Below are positions 49,195-58,756 of a stretch of 63,822 nucleotides of DNA, one piece after another (the first letter of the stretch is position 1; each line of letters starts with the position of its first letter). The notes below the pieces were generated by a model. It saw nothing but the letters and a program-made list of their open reading frames with translations, ran no database searches and was not told the DNA's origin. The DNA is from Clostridiales bacterium. GTDB taxonomy: Bacteria; Bacillota; Clostridia; Oscillospirales; CAG-272. Location: assembly GCA_012522015.1 (NCBI GenBank), contig JAAYLD010000066.1, forward strand, positions 1-63,822, written 5' to 3'. Made by a program: the position numbers and the translations under genes.

Positions 49195-50685
49195 TTATAA
49201 ACCTACGAAAATTTCATCGGCCATATCTTTTGTTGGCACAACACGCGTATGACGAAGCGGAAGCGTCAAAGTGCGTGACAGGGGCTGTGGAATTTGTTTG
49301 CCTGTTAGCTCAGACAGCTCACCCAGCGCCGATACATCGTCAGATGGGTCACGCCCGGTGAGCGAACGATAAACGTCGGCGGCAAACTTGAACGGGCTTG
49401 CTGTACTACATATTATTATCGGTGCAGACTCATCGCTTGTCTGACCGTGTAGGTGTTTCTCGGCACCGCCTATGCCGACGGCTGTATGTGGGTCGACAAG
49501 GTAGGCGGATGTTTCACATATACGTTTTATTGTGGCTGCCGTGCCCGGCTCATCGACGTAAAATCCGGAGAAATCGCTCTTTATTTTGGCATGTGTTTCG
49601 GGGATAACTGTGTATCGACCCGTGTTGGCAAGCGATTTCATGTAAGCAGCAGTTTCGGTGGGCCCTGCTGCGAAATACAAAAGGCGCTCAAGGTTGCTTG
49701 ATATCAGTATGTCCATTGAAGGTGACATTGTTGTATAAAAGGTGCGGTTCCGGTCATAAGTGCCGGTTGCGATGAAATCAGTCAGGACGTTGTTTGCGTT
49801 TGATGCGCAGATAAGACGCCTGATCGGTACCCCCATCCTCTTTGCTATATAAGCGGCAAGGATATTGCCGAAGTTTCCAGTAGGGACGCATATGTCGGCA
49901 ACATCGCCCATGCTGATGACGCCGCCCGACACAAGATCACAGTATGCAGATACGTAATAAGCGATCTGCGGCGCAAGACGCCCCCAGTTTATGGAGTTTG
50001 CGCTTGAGAGGAAGTAACCTTTATCATTTAGGCGGCATTTGATGTCAGCGTCGGCGAAAATACGCTTGACGCCGCTTTGCGCGTCGTCAAAGTTACCGTC
50101 GATAGCGCAAACGGAGACATTATCACCCTCCTGCGTCATCATTTGAAGCTTCTGGACGCGGCTCACGCCGTTTGTCGGGTAAAAAACCTTGATACGGACG
50201 CCCGGCACATCGCGATAACCTTCAAGCGCAGCCTTGCCGGTGTCGCCGGATGTTGCAACGAGGATGTAAGCAGTGCGTTTCTCACCAGTTTCGCGAAGGG
50301 AAGCGGTGAAAAGATGCGGCATTATCTGCAGCGCCATGTCCTTGAAGGCGCATGTAGGCCCATGCCAAAGCTCAAGCGAGTACATGGGGCCGTTTATATG
50401 AACGAGCGGCGCAGCACCACCGGGGAAGCGGTCGTTTGAATACGCCGTCCGGCACATTGAAAGAAGCTCCTCATACGCCATCCCGTCGAAAAACAGCGAC
50501 AGAATATATGCGGCGCGGGAGGGGTAGTCATCATTTAACAAAGAACGCAGCGTATCAGCTGACAGGGTGGGGATATATTCGGGCACATAAAGCCCGCCGT
50601 CCGGCGCGATGCCGCGGCAAACAGCAACTTCAGATGTTACCTTTTCTTTTTTTTCTGATATATCACGTGTACTTATATAAAGCAT
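49195..50685 (-). CDS. thrC: Threonine synthase
   Basis: GIAPDGGLYVP, ELWHGPTCAFKDMAL (PLP Lys), ATSGDTG, SANSINWGR and PTGNFGN motifs. Confidence 0.97.
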   Translation of the reverse strand: MLYISTRDISEKKEKVTSEVAVCRGIAPDGGLYVPEYIPTLSADTLRSLLNDDYPSRAAYILSLFFDGMAYEELLSMCRTAYSNDRFPGGAAPLVHINGPMYSLELWHGPTCAFKDMALQIMPHLFTASLRETGEKRTAYILVATSGDTGKAALEGYRDVPGVRIKVFYPTNGVSRVQKLQMMTQEGDNVSVCAIDGNFDDAQSGVKRIFADADIKCRLNDKGYFLSSANSINWGRLAPQIAYYVSAYCDLVSGGVISMGDVADICVPTGNFGNILAAYIAKRMGVPIRRLICASNANNVLTDFIATGTYDRNRTFYTTMSPSMDILISSNLERLLYFAAGPTETAAYMKSLANTGRYTVIPETHAKIKSDFSGFYVDEPGTAATIKRICETSAYLVDPHTAVGIGGAEKHLHGQTSDESAPIIICSTASPFKFAADVYRSLTGRDPSDDVSALGELSELTGKQIPQPLSRTLTLPLRHTRVVPTKDMADEIFVGL

Positions 50686-50767
50686 AGTAGTTGCTTATCC
50701 TATTTGTAATATTTATTAGATGTTTTTATATCGGCGCTTGCTTTGATTATTTTGTGCTGAAGTGCCA

Positions 50768-51184
50768 TCATTTATTGTACCCCGGCTTGACAATAACGGC
50801 ATTGCGAAGGTGAGTTATGCGCGGGGATGAAGAATCGTCCGGCGCGTACACTTCAATAATGTCAATGCGGACGGGCTTGCCTTCACATATATCCGGGTGC
50901 GTGCGTATGTACTGTTCCGCCGCGGCAATAAGGTGACGCTGTTTTTCGCGTCCGACGGCGGCAGCCGGCCGCCCGAAACGAGAAAAAGCTGAAAAATTCG
51001 AGCGCATCTTAACTTCAACGAAGACAACAGCGCCGTCTTGTTCTTGTGCCACAATATCAAGCTCACAGTGACCGGCATAATAGTTGCGTTCGATTATTTC
51101 ATAACCATGTGACTTCAAAAAATTAGAGGCGATATCCTCGCCGGTTTTGCCTGCCGCACGCGTGCCGCCCCTGTCTTTTCTCAT
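50768..51184 (-). CDS. YraN (UPF0102) family nuclease-fold protein
   Basis: GKTGEDIA, ERNY...ELDIVA...VFVEVKMR; follows rnhB. Confidence 0.92.
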   Translation of the reverse strand: MRKDRGGTRAAGKTGEDIASNFLKSHGYEIIERNYYAGHCELDIVAQEQDGAVVFVEVKMRSNFSAFSRFGRPAAAVGREKQRHLIAAAEQYIRTHPDICEGKPVRIDIIEVYAPDDSSSPRITHLRNAVIVKPGYNK

Positions 51185-51233
51185 AAAGCGGTCTCCCTCG
51201 TATTTATTGAGTTATTATTTGTTGATTTGCTTT

Positions 51234-51842
51234 TTACTGCTGTTCGCGATATAAAAACGAAAGAAATGTTTTTCTGTGGCACGGAGAGGGGCCAAGGCGG
51301 CGCAGCGCTTCTACGTGCTCTTTTGTGCAGTAGGATTTATTTTTCGCAAAGCCGTACCCCGGGTATTCTTTGTCAAGAGCAACAAGCAGATCATCACGGT
51401 ATACCTTAGCTAAAATTGATGCTGCCGCTATCGACGGCGAAATCAAGTCTCCTTTGATAACGGGTACTGCATGTATGGGGAAATCCCGAGCGATGTTTCC
51501 GTCGACAAGTATTAAATTAGGTTGTGGGTTAAGACCAGCGACGGCTCGCCTCATGGCAAGCTGGGCAGCGTTTAGAATGTTCATTTCGTCTATTTCATCG
51601 ACAGTTGCAAATGAAATAGCATATGATATAGCTTGCTTTTTTATTATATCGGAAAATGCTTGGCGCCGGGCGGGGGAGAGCTTTTTCGAGTCGTTGAGAC
51701 CATCGATTATAAGCCCACGGGGCAATATACATGCCGCCGCGACGACAGGGCCCGCAAGACATCCTCGCCCTGCTTCATCTGTTCCAGCAATTATAGCGTA
51801 TCCGCGCTTTTCGTATTCATACTCAAGTGTGTATTGAAGCAT
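51234..51842 (-). CDS. rnhB: Ribonuclease HII
   Basis: GTDEAGRGCLAGPV, LNDSKKL, LVDGN and SIAAASILAKV motifs. Confidence 0.97.
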   Translation of the reverse strand: MLQYTLEYEYEKRGYAIIAGTDEAGRGCLAGPVVAAACILPRGLIIDGLNDSKKLSPARRQAFSDIIKKQAISYAISFATVDEIDEMNILNAAQLAMRRAVAGLNPQPNLILVDGNIARDFPIHAVPVIKGDLISPSIAAASILAKVYRDDLLVALDKEYPGYGFAKNKSYCTKEHVEALRRLGPSPCHRKTFLSFLYREQQ

Positions 51843-51942
51843 TTGTATATTGTCTTTCGCTTATGTGTCGATTGTGTCAGCTGTGCCTGTATTATCTGCC
51901 GTGCTTGTTGTGCCGCTGCTCTCGCTCTTAATGACGCTGCTT

Positions 51943-52836
51943 TCATTGGTACAGGGGCACGTCGCATGGAACCTCAAGCGTTATCCTGCCAATTTTAGCT
52001 GCGCGGAATTCGTCAAGGAATACGCTTGCTGTCCGCTCAGAATCAATTTCGCCCCCGCGAAGAAGGAAGCCGCGTCTGCGTCCTATCTCAAGCAAAAGCT
52101 CATAGTCGGTTAGGTCAGCAAAGGTGGATATTTCTCGGAGCCCGTATCTTGCGCACAGAGCATCGGGGTACATGGCGCGCAGCCGTCCGCATAGTACAGT
52201 AGCTATTGATTCTAAGTCTAAAACGCTGTCGCGTATAGCGCCCGTAATGGCAAGGTTTTCGCCTGTGGTTCTATCTTCAAACTTTGGCCAGAGAACGCCG
52301 GGGGTATCAAGGAGTAAAAGCCCCGTCCCCTTCTTTTCAACCTCAACCCACTGGATGTCGCGTGTGACGCCGGGGCGGTCTTCAGTCTTTGCTTTGCGGG
52401 CACCGGCAAGTTTATTTATAAATGTCGATTTTCCCACATTCGGTATTCCGACCACCATCACCTTTATTTTGCGCCCGATCATGCCGCGCTCACGCCAGCG
52501 CGATAATTTATCGCTGAGCATAGAAGTGAGAGTAGGAACTATCTTACTAAAACTTTCACCTGTTATGGAGTCAACTGCTGCCGCCCAGCCGCTTTCTTGG
52601 CGAATGGCAGCTATCCACATCTCAGTGACAACAGGATCTGCAAGTGACGCTTTATTGAGCAGCGTTAATGTTGGTTTTGTGCCAAGTATTGATTTAATAT
52701 CAGGGTTTCTTGAAGATAGCGGAATGCGGGCGTCTAAAAGCTCAACGACGGCGTCGACGAGCTTTAAATCTTCGCGTATACGCCGTCGTGTTTTGGCCAT
52801 ATGACCTGGGAACCATTGTATAAGACTGCCTTCCAT
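51943..52836 (-). CDS. rbgA: Ribosome biogenesis GTPase RbgA/YlqF
   Basis: IQWFPGHM, LDARIP, GIPNVGKST, PGVT and DTPGVLWP motifs; start placed just after the lepB stop. Confidence 0.96.
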   Translation of the reverse strand: MEGSLIQWFPGHMAKTRRRIREDLKLVDAVVELLDARIPLSSRNPDIKSILGTKPTLTLLNKASLADPVVTEMWIAAIRQESGWAAAVDSITGESFSKIVPTLTSMLSDKLSRWRERGMIGRKIKVMVVGIPNVGKSTFINKLAGARKAKTEDRPGVTRDIQWVEVEKKGTGLLLLDTPGVLWPKFEDRTTGENLAITGAIRDSVLDLESIATVLCGRLRAMYPDALCARYGLREISTFADLTDYELLLEIGRRRGFLLRGGEIDSERTASVFLDEFRAAKIGRITLEVPCDVPLYQ

Positions 52837-52840
52837 TATT

Positions 52841-53614
52841 TCATGAAAACCTTTCAAAAACCTTGATTTTAGATATTGGAGCTATACGGCATATAACGCG
52901 GCCGATAATACGGCGAGTGTCAACAGGACCTACGCGCGTGTCTCGGCTGTCAGTCGAATGGTTGCGATTGTCTCCCATAACAAAGACATAACCAGCCGGA
53001 ACAGTAAAGGGGTACTCGACATCTGAAAATGCACGCGAGTTTGGATCAATATAGATATAATCACTCTCATCAATGAGAACACCGTCGACGGTGACGGCCC
53101 ATGTCTCAAAATCAATATCGACAACTTGCCCTTCTGTTGCGATGACGCGTTTGACAAGAGGCTTATCAAAATTGTCACTTGTAAATACGACTATATCGCC
53201 ATATTTCGGCTCGAAAAATAAATTAGAAACGAGTAAAGCATCACTATTTTCAAGTGTGTGCCGCATCGATGGCCCGTCTACGATAGCAAGGCGGACAATT
53301 ATGGTAAAAACAAGCACGACAGCGCATGTTGATATGGCAAGCGTCTCGACAATATCGAAAAGAAATTTTATCAGGCTGACTTTTTCTTCACCGTTGTCAT
53401 CAGAGCTGTCTGTGCTGCCATCGGACGGTAAATCTTGCGGCTTCTCTTCATAAGAGGTTTCTTCCGTACCGCTTGTCGTCGCGTTTTCGGAAGAATTATC
53501 TTTACTCTCATCTATATTTATTTTCTTATCGTTTGGGCCATCATCGTCTGGCGTTATAAATATTTCGTTTAAATCAGGCTTATTGTTATTAACGCCAACA
53601 CTGTTTTCATCCAT
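52841..53614 (-). CDS. lepB: Signal peptidase I with acidic N-terminal extension
   Basis: DGPSMRHTL (Ser), LVKRVIA (Lys) and MGDNRNHSTDSR motifs. Confidence 0.95.
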   Translation of the reverse strand: MDENSVGVNNNKPDLNEIFITPDDDGPNDKKINIDESKDNSSENATTSGTEETSYEEKPQDLPSDGSTDSSDDNGEEKVSLIKFLFDIVETLAISTCAVVLVFTIIVRLAIVDGPSMRHTLENSDALLVSNLFFEPKYGDIVVFTSDNFDKPLVKRVIATEGQVVDIDFETWAVTVDGVLIDESDYIYIDPNSRAFSDVEYPFTVPAGYVFVMGDNRNHSTDSRDTRVGPVDTRRIIGRVICRIAPISKIKVFERFS

Positions 53615-53674
53615 ACTTGTGTATAAATCCGTCCTTTTAGATTATAATTAGCAAAAACGCATTTGATAAGCTCA

Positions 53675-54922
53675 TCAGTGCACATGATGGTGCTGCCGGA
53701 CGTTATGAGGACATCCAGCCTGCAAGAGATACTCCATCAAGCGGTAGCCGTCCGGTATGTAAAGCGGCTGGCTCGCGCAAAAGGCCTCGGTGAATGATGT
53801 GACACCTTCGTGCTCAACTTTGCTGTCGTAAATGAAAAATGGCACAGGATCAATTGTATGTGTGCGGGCAGCGATTGGCGTCGGATGATCCGGAAGAACC
53901 ATTATACGGAAATGCTCACCACGACGCGAGAGATAATCGTACACAGGGCCAAGAATGTCTTTATCAATATATTCGATGGCTTTTATCTTGCCTTCCGTAT
54001 CACCATGGTGACCGCATTCATCTGGCGCCTCGACGTGAACGTAAACGAAATCGCAGTCTCTCTCAAAAGCATCGATAGCGGCTTGAGCTTTGCCTTTATA
54101 ATTAGTTTTTATGTTGCCGGTAGCGCCTTCAACTGTAGGCGTTTCCATCCCAGCGCATATGCTGATACCGCGAATGAGGTCGACAGCGCTAACGGCACAT
54201 CCGCGAAGCCCCCATTTTTCATAAAATGACGGCAGCGAAGGCTTTTTTCCGGGGCTCCAGAGCCACGTGGAGTTTGCCGGGAGAAGCCCTCGGCGGCGTC
54301 TTGCTTCATTTACGGGGTGATGTTTGAGAAAACGAGCGCTTTCTATCATAAAATTAAGATATTTTTGACCACGTTCGCCACAGGGCAGAAAACCCTTTAT
54401 CTTTTGCCCTAAAATGTCGTGCGGCCGCATAAAAGGGTATGAGTCGTCGTCATCGCGCAGGACAAGACAATGGCGATAACTGATACCGGGATATAAACGG
54501 CGGACATCATTTGCAAGCGCTTCGTTCAGCGCGGAGATAAGCTCACGAGCCTCATCAGTTGTGATTTCATCCGCGCTGTGATCAATCATAGTCCGCTCTG
54601 TGTAATCATCTTCCTCTGAGAGGGTTACAAGATTGCAGCGTATTGCAACTTCGTCGGGGCGCAAATTTATACCCATGCTGACGGCTTCAAGCGGCGAGCG
54701 CCCTTTTGAATATACTCTCGGATCATAGGATAAAACTGAAAGATTTGCTGTATCGCTTTCAGGCACCATTCCCTCCGGTACATTTGATACGGTGCCACAA
54801 ATCGCGCGGGCGGCAAGCTTGTCCATATTAGGCTTCACAGCGGCGCCCATAGGAGTTTTGCCACCAAGTGATGACAATGGGGTGTCAGCCATACCATCCG
54901 GTACAAGAACAAAATAAATCAA
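53675..54922 (-). CDS. apgM: Cofactor-independent phosphoglycerate mutase (ApgM type)
   Basis: DGMAD, ESDTANLS, DHSA, HVEAPDECGHHG and PDHPTP motifs; probable TTG start at 54922 with GGAG upstream. Confidence 0.92.
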   Translation of the reverse strand: MIYFVLVPDGMADTPLSSLGGKTPMGAAVKPNMDKLAARAICGTVSNVPEGMVPESDTANLSVLSYDPRVYSKGRSPLEAVSMGINLRPDEVAIRCNLVTLSEEDDYTERTMIDHSADEITTDEARELISALNEALANDVRRLYPGISYRHCLVLRDDDDSYPFMRPHDILGQKIKGFLPCGERGQKYLNFMIESARFLKHHPVNEARRRRGLLPANSTWLWSPGKKPSLPSFYEKWGLRGCAVSAVDLIRGISICAGMETPTVEGATGNIKTNYKGKAQAAIDAFERDCDFVYVHVEAPDECGHHGDTEGKIKAIEYIDKDILGPVYDYLSRRGEHFRIMVLPDHPTPIAARTHTIDPVPFFIYDSKVEHEGVTSFTEAFCASQPLYIPDGYRLMEYLLQAGCPHNVRQHHHVH

Positions 54923-54969
54923 GACAAATGCTGCTCCGTATTTAAAAGGATTATACATTTTTTCGTATT

Positions 54970-54998
54970 ATTATAACATGACAATATCTATGTTACAA
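54970..54998 (-). promoter_or_regulatory. Sigma-A promoter of the apgM-lepB-rbgA-rnhB-yraN unit
   Basis: TTGTAA-17 nt-TATAAT with TGn extension. Confidence 0.7.
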
Positions 54999-55095
54999 TA
55001 ATATAATGTAAAAAATACGCCTGTTCGGAGATGGCGGTGCTATTAGAACAATCGAAAAAGTTCACAAAATATTAACAAAAACAATCTTCACTTTA

Positions 55096-55124
55096 TTGCA
55101 CGAACGAATTAATTGTGATATAAT
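55096..55124 (+). promoter_or_regulatory. Sigma-A promoter of rplS
   Basis: TTGCAC-17 nt-TATAAT with TGn extension. Confidence 0.75.
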
Positions 55125-55156
55125 CTCTTTTACGTGTGGTCCGGTGTACCGCCGGC

Positions 55157-55190
55157 GAAGCAGTCCTCTGCCGCTCTGTATGAATGCTTC
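55157..55190 (+). ncRNA. L19 ribosomal protein leader-like element
   Basis: Stem GAAGCA/TGCTTC enclosing GTCCTCTG...TATGAA directly upstream of rplS; resembles the Firmicutes L19 leader by recall. Confidence 0.55.
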
Positions 55191-55220
55191 GATATTTAAA
55201 GGGAAGGATGTTGGTTGGTC

Positions 55221-55589
55221 ATGAATAAAAAGATCGACGCACTTGTGAATGAGCAGCTTAAGACCGTCGTGCCGCAGTTTAAGATTGGCGACACGGTTAG
55301 AGTCTATAATAGGATTAAAGAGGGTGCGAAGGAACGTATCCAGATATTTGAGGGAACAGTAATAGCCCGTCACGGCGGTGGAATATCCGAAACCTTTAAG
55401 GTTCGCCGTATTGCATATGGCTGCGGAGTTGAGAAGACATTCCCGCTCCATTCTCCTGCTGTCGAAAAAGTAGAAGTTGTCCGTCAAGGTAAGGTTCGCC
55501 GCGCGAAGCTTTACTATCTGCGTGGCCGTAAGGGTAAAAGGAGTAAGGTAAGAGAATACATCGACCTTGGCAAACAGGATAATGGATGA
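55221..55589 (+). CDS. rplS: 50S ribosomal protein L19
   Basis: [20 protein letters not shown] and [12 protein letters not shown] motifs. Confidence 0.99.
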   Translation: MNKKIDALVNEQLKTVVPQFKIGDTVRVYNRIKEGAKERIQIFEGTVIARHGGGISETFKVRRIAYGCGVEKTFPLHSPAVEKVEVVRQGKVRRAKLYYLRGRKGKRSKVREYIDLGKQDNG

Positions 55590-55641
55590 TTGATGGCTGA
55601 TACTTAATCGGCTCATTCAAAAGAGTAATTATTGCATATAT

Positions 55642-55693
55642 AAAGGGCACGGCGGATGCAGGTTTTATCTGCGTCTGGCGTGCTCTTTATTTT
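55642..55693 (+). terminator. Terminator after rplS
   Basis: Long hairpin AAAGGGCACG...CGTGCTCTTT followed by ATTTT. Confidence 0.65.
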
Positions 55694-55778
55694 GACGGGA
55701 TAAGGCTTATTGCCTTTTCTTTTTTCTGGTGATATCATCTTATCATGTTATAATATTAGTAAAATCTGAGGAGTTATT

Positions 55779-57617
55779 ATGGAGTTTACAGTCCAGTTTA
55801 AAGTCAGAGGCGACAGATATACTGGGCATTATGCGAACGGGATGACAATGGCGTGCAGTGAAAGTGTTGAAAAATGCAAGCTTATTCATTCCGACGAGAA
55901 TAAGAGCGTATATGAGTCAAGTGACGGCTATAAAATCACCTGTCTTCATATAAAAAAAGAAAATGTATATGAATGTTATACTGTTTTTGAAAACTGCTCG
56001 GGATCAACTGTAACTCTTGATATGATATCTTCTTTTGCACTTACCGGAATTTTTGCTGATATTTTGCATAGAGCAACATCATTCTGGAGCGCAGAGGGAA
56101 AAATTCTTTCACAAAAGCTTACAAGCCTTAATATGGAGCGGTCGTGGAGCGGCAATGGCATGAGAATTGAAAAATTCGGCCAGTTAGGCTCGATGCCCGT
56201 TAGAAAATGGTTTTCATTTGCCGCGCTTGAGGACAGCAAAACTGGCAGTTTTATAGGTGTTCAGCTTTATTGCCCCTCAAGCTGGCAAATTGAGCTGTTC
56301 AGACTGCGTGAGCCGCTTACACTTACCGGCGGGCTTGCGGACTTTGATTACGGACACTGGTGTAAGGATATAGCGCCGGGCGAGAAATTTACAACACCAA
56401 AAGCTGTCGTGGCTACGGGAAAAACTCTGCTTGAAGTATGTGATTCACTTGTAAAGGCACAAAAGCCAAGAATAGCACCAAATGACGCCGACTTGCCTGT
56501 GATTTTCAATGAATACTGCACCACATGGGGAAATCCGACAATTAAAAACCTTGAAAGAATTGCGAAAAAACTTCAGGAGAGTGGCGTAAAATATCTTGTT
56601 ATTGACTGCGGATGGTATAAGGAAGAAGGGAAGAACTGGTGGGATTCCATCGGTGACTGGAATGTCAGCAAGGTTCTTTTCCCAAACGGACTGAAAGAAG
56701 TCTGTGACATGATCAAATCATACGGGCTTATACCGGGGATATGGTTTGAGTTTGAAAATGCAGCTCCCGGAGCAGAAATATATATAAAAACGGAGCACCT
56801 GCTTTCTCGTCACGGATATCCATTAACTGTCGGGGGACGCCGGTTCCTTGATATGCGTGACGAGTGGTGCGTTAAATATCTTGATGAAAAGGTTATAAAT
56901 CTATTGTCCGAGTGCGGCTTCGGGTACTTGAAAATTGATTATAATGAAACTATCGGTGTCGGATGTGACGGTGCCGAAAGCTTAGGAGAAGGTCTTCGTC
57001 AGGCGGTACTTGCAAGCCAGAAATACATCAGGCGGATTTCAGAAAAATTACCCGACCTTGTTATTGAAAATTGCTCAAGCGGCGGTCACAGGCTTGAGCC
57101 GTCAATGATGGAGCTTGTTTCACAGGCGAGCTTTTCCGATGCACACGAGTGCGTCAGCATACCGATTATTGCGGCAAACGTCCAGCGCTTCATACAGCCG
57201 CGTCAAAGTCAGATTTGGGCTGTTTTGCGCAGCCGCGACGACATTCACCGAGTGAATTACAGCCTCACAGCCGGATTTTTAGGCAGGCTTTGTCTGAGCG
57301 GATCAATTTTCGATATACCCGATGAAAACTGGGAAGCTGTTTTAGCTGGGATAGCATTCTACGGTGAAATAAAAGATATAATCAAAGACGGTTATACAAG
57401 CGTCATTGAATGTACGGCCGAGGATTATAATAATCCTGTTGGTTATCAGGCTGTACTTCGTGAGCTTGGCAACATGGAGCTTCTTATTGTTCATACGTTC
57501 AAAGACGGTGCAAATCCGCCGATTGAAAAATTTTTAAGTAATCGACAGATTGTTAAGACTTTCGGCAACGACCTTGATGGAGATTTTAGAGGCAAAGCAT
57601 TTTTGTTGAAGAAGTAA
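55779..57617 (+). CDS. GH36 alpha-galactosidase
   Basis: LVIDCGWY, PGIWFE, YLKIDYN (nucleophile region), IENCSSGGHR and SFSDAHE motifs. Confidence 0.88.
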   Translation: MEFTVQFKVRGDRYTGHYANGMTMACSESVEKCKLIHSDENKSVYESSDGYKITCLHIKKENVYECYTVFENCSGSTVTLDMISSFALTGIFADILHRATSFWSAEGKILSQKLTSLNMERSWSGNGMRIEKFGQLGSMPVRKWFSFAALEDSKTGSFIGVQLYCPSSWQIELFRLREPLTLTGGLADFDYGHWCKDIAPGEKFTTPKAVVATGKTLLEVCDSLVKAQKPRIAPNDADLPVIFNEYCTTWGNPTIKNLERIAKKLQESGVKYLVIDCGWYKEEGKNWWDSIGDWNVSKVLFPNGLKEVCDMIKSYGLIPGIWFEFENAAPGAEIYIKTEHLLSRHGYPLTVGGRRFLDMRDEWCVKYLDEKVINLLSECGFGYLKIDYNETIGVGCDGAESLGEGLRQAVLASQKYIRRISEKLPDLVIENCSSGGHRLEPSMMELVSQASFSDAHECVSIPIIAANVQRFIQPRQSQIWAVLRSRDDIHRVNYSLTAGFLGRLCLSGSIFDIPDENWEAVLAGIAFYGEIKDIIKDGYTSVIECTAEDYNNPVGYQAVLRELGNMELLIVHTFKDGANPPIEKFLSNRQIVKTFGNDLDGDFRGKAFLLKK

Positions 57618-57708
57618 TAATAAAGACTGTATAGATAAAAAGAAGCACGCAGGCGCGTATAAAATCAGCGCCTGACGCGCTTTTTTATATTTTGATAAAT
57701 TACAGCGC

Positions 57709-58626
57709 TCACTCATTGTCAAATCGTATCGTTACGCTCATACCGTCACGGCCACATATAGCGTCCGGGAATATAGCTTTTGCTTCACCGATATACGCCT
57801 CGGGATCGGGCATTGATGGGCTGTAGTGCGTCAGCCACATACGCCGTGGTTTTATGGGCGCTGCGGCGGCAAGGTTTGCTGCTTCCGAAAACGTCATGTG
57901 CCGTGATTCGCGGGCACGTCCCGCTTTGTCCTCATCACCGTACATCCCCTCGCAGATGAAAAGGTCGGAGCCAGATGCTTGATCAGTTATGATAGGCATA
58001 GGTCGGGTGTCGGTGCAGTACGTAACTTTGATTCCGCGGCGTGGCGGGCCCATAACCATATCTTGAGTGTAGATGACGCCTTCATACTCCGCCGTTAGAT
58101 TCTTCTGCAGCTTGTTCCATACGCGCAGCGGCACGCTGTTTCGACGGGCGCGCTCGGGGTCGAATTTCCCGGCTCGAGGGATTTCGATTGTATATCCGTA
58201 ACAAGTTATTGTATGGTTGACGTGGAAAGCGGTAATATAAAATCCGTCAAAAACAAACGTTTCAACTTTTTCGTTTATCGGAACGCAAATGACCTCAAAT
58301 GGCAGCTCAGGCGCTATGATAAGAAGCGACGAAATATACTTTTGCACATTTCCAGGGCCGATTATAACGACGGGGTCAGTTCTCCCCTCACCACCCATTG
58401 ATAGAAGAAGCCCCGGTAGTCCGCTTATGTGGTCGGCATGAAAATGTGTTAAGCAAATAACGCTGAGCGGCTTAAATGGAAGGGAGGCTTCCTTCATGGC
58501 AATTTGTGTGCCCTCGCCGCAGTCAATGAGCAGGCACTTCCCGTTATAACGCATCATGCAGGCTGTAAGCCACCTTTTTTTTAGCGGGATTGTGCCGCCG
58601 CATCCGACGAGAGTTACGTCAAGCAT
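57709..58626 (-). CDS. rnz: Ribonuclease Z
   Basis: LIDCGEGTQ, THFHADHISGL, YCTDTRP, CEGMY, HMTF and LTHYS motifs; RBS GGAGG. Confidence 0.93.
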   Translation of the reverse strand: MLDVTLVGCGGTIPLKKRWLTACMMRYNGKCLLIDCGEGTQIAMKEASLPFKPLSVICLTHFHADHISGLPGLLLSMGGEGRTDPVVIIGPGNVQKYISSLLIIAPELPFEVICVPINEKVETFVFDGFYITAFHVNHTITCYGYTIEIPRAGKFDPERARRNSVPLRVWNKLQKNLTAEYEGVIYTQDMVMGPPRRGIKVTYCTDTRPMPIITDQASGSDLFICEGMYGDEDKAGRARESRHMTFSEAANLAAAAPIKPRRMWLTHYSPSMPDPEAYIGEAKAIFPDAICGRDGMSVTIRFDNE

Positions 58627-58722
58627 TGAAAAAACCACACCTCCCTTTAACATAATATCCATAACAATATAATACAACATAATATCATATTAACGCCGTC
58701 TTTTCAACTGATATGTGTAAAG

Positions 58723-58756
58723 GAAAAGCTCTGACGCGTACGCGTCAGAGCTTTTC
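58723..58756. terminator. Perfect 34-bp spacer-less palindrome overlapping the plsC-like stop
   Basis: GAAAAGCTCTGACGCGT-ACGCGTCAGAGCTTTTC. Confidence 0.7.

Noticed and set aside
50686-50767. T-box leader ahead of thrC (and likewise cysS at 63364-63451)
   Set aside because: The intergenic gaps are only about 80-90 nt and lack the T-box consensus and specifier stem.
55062-55616. Antisense ORF over rplS and its leader
   Set aside because: A shadow ORF overlapping an unambiguous L19 gene and promoter.
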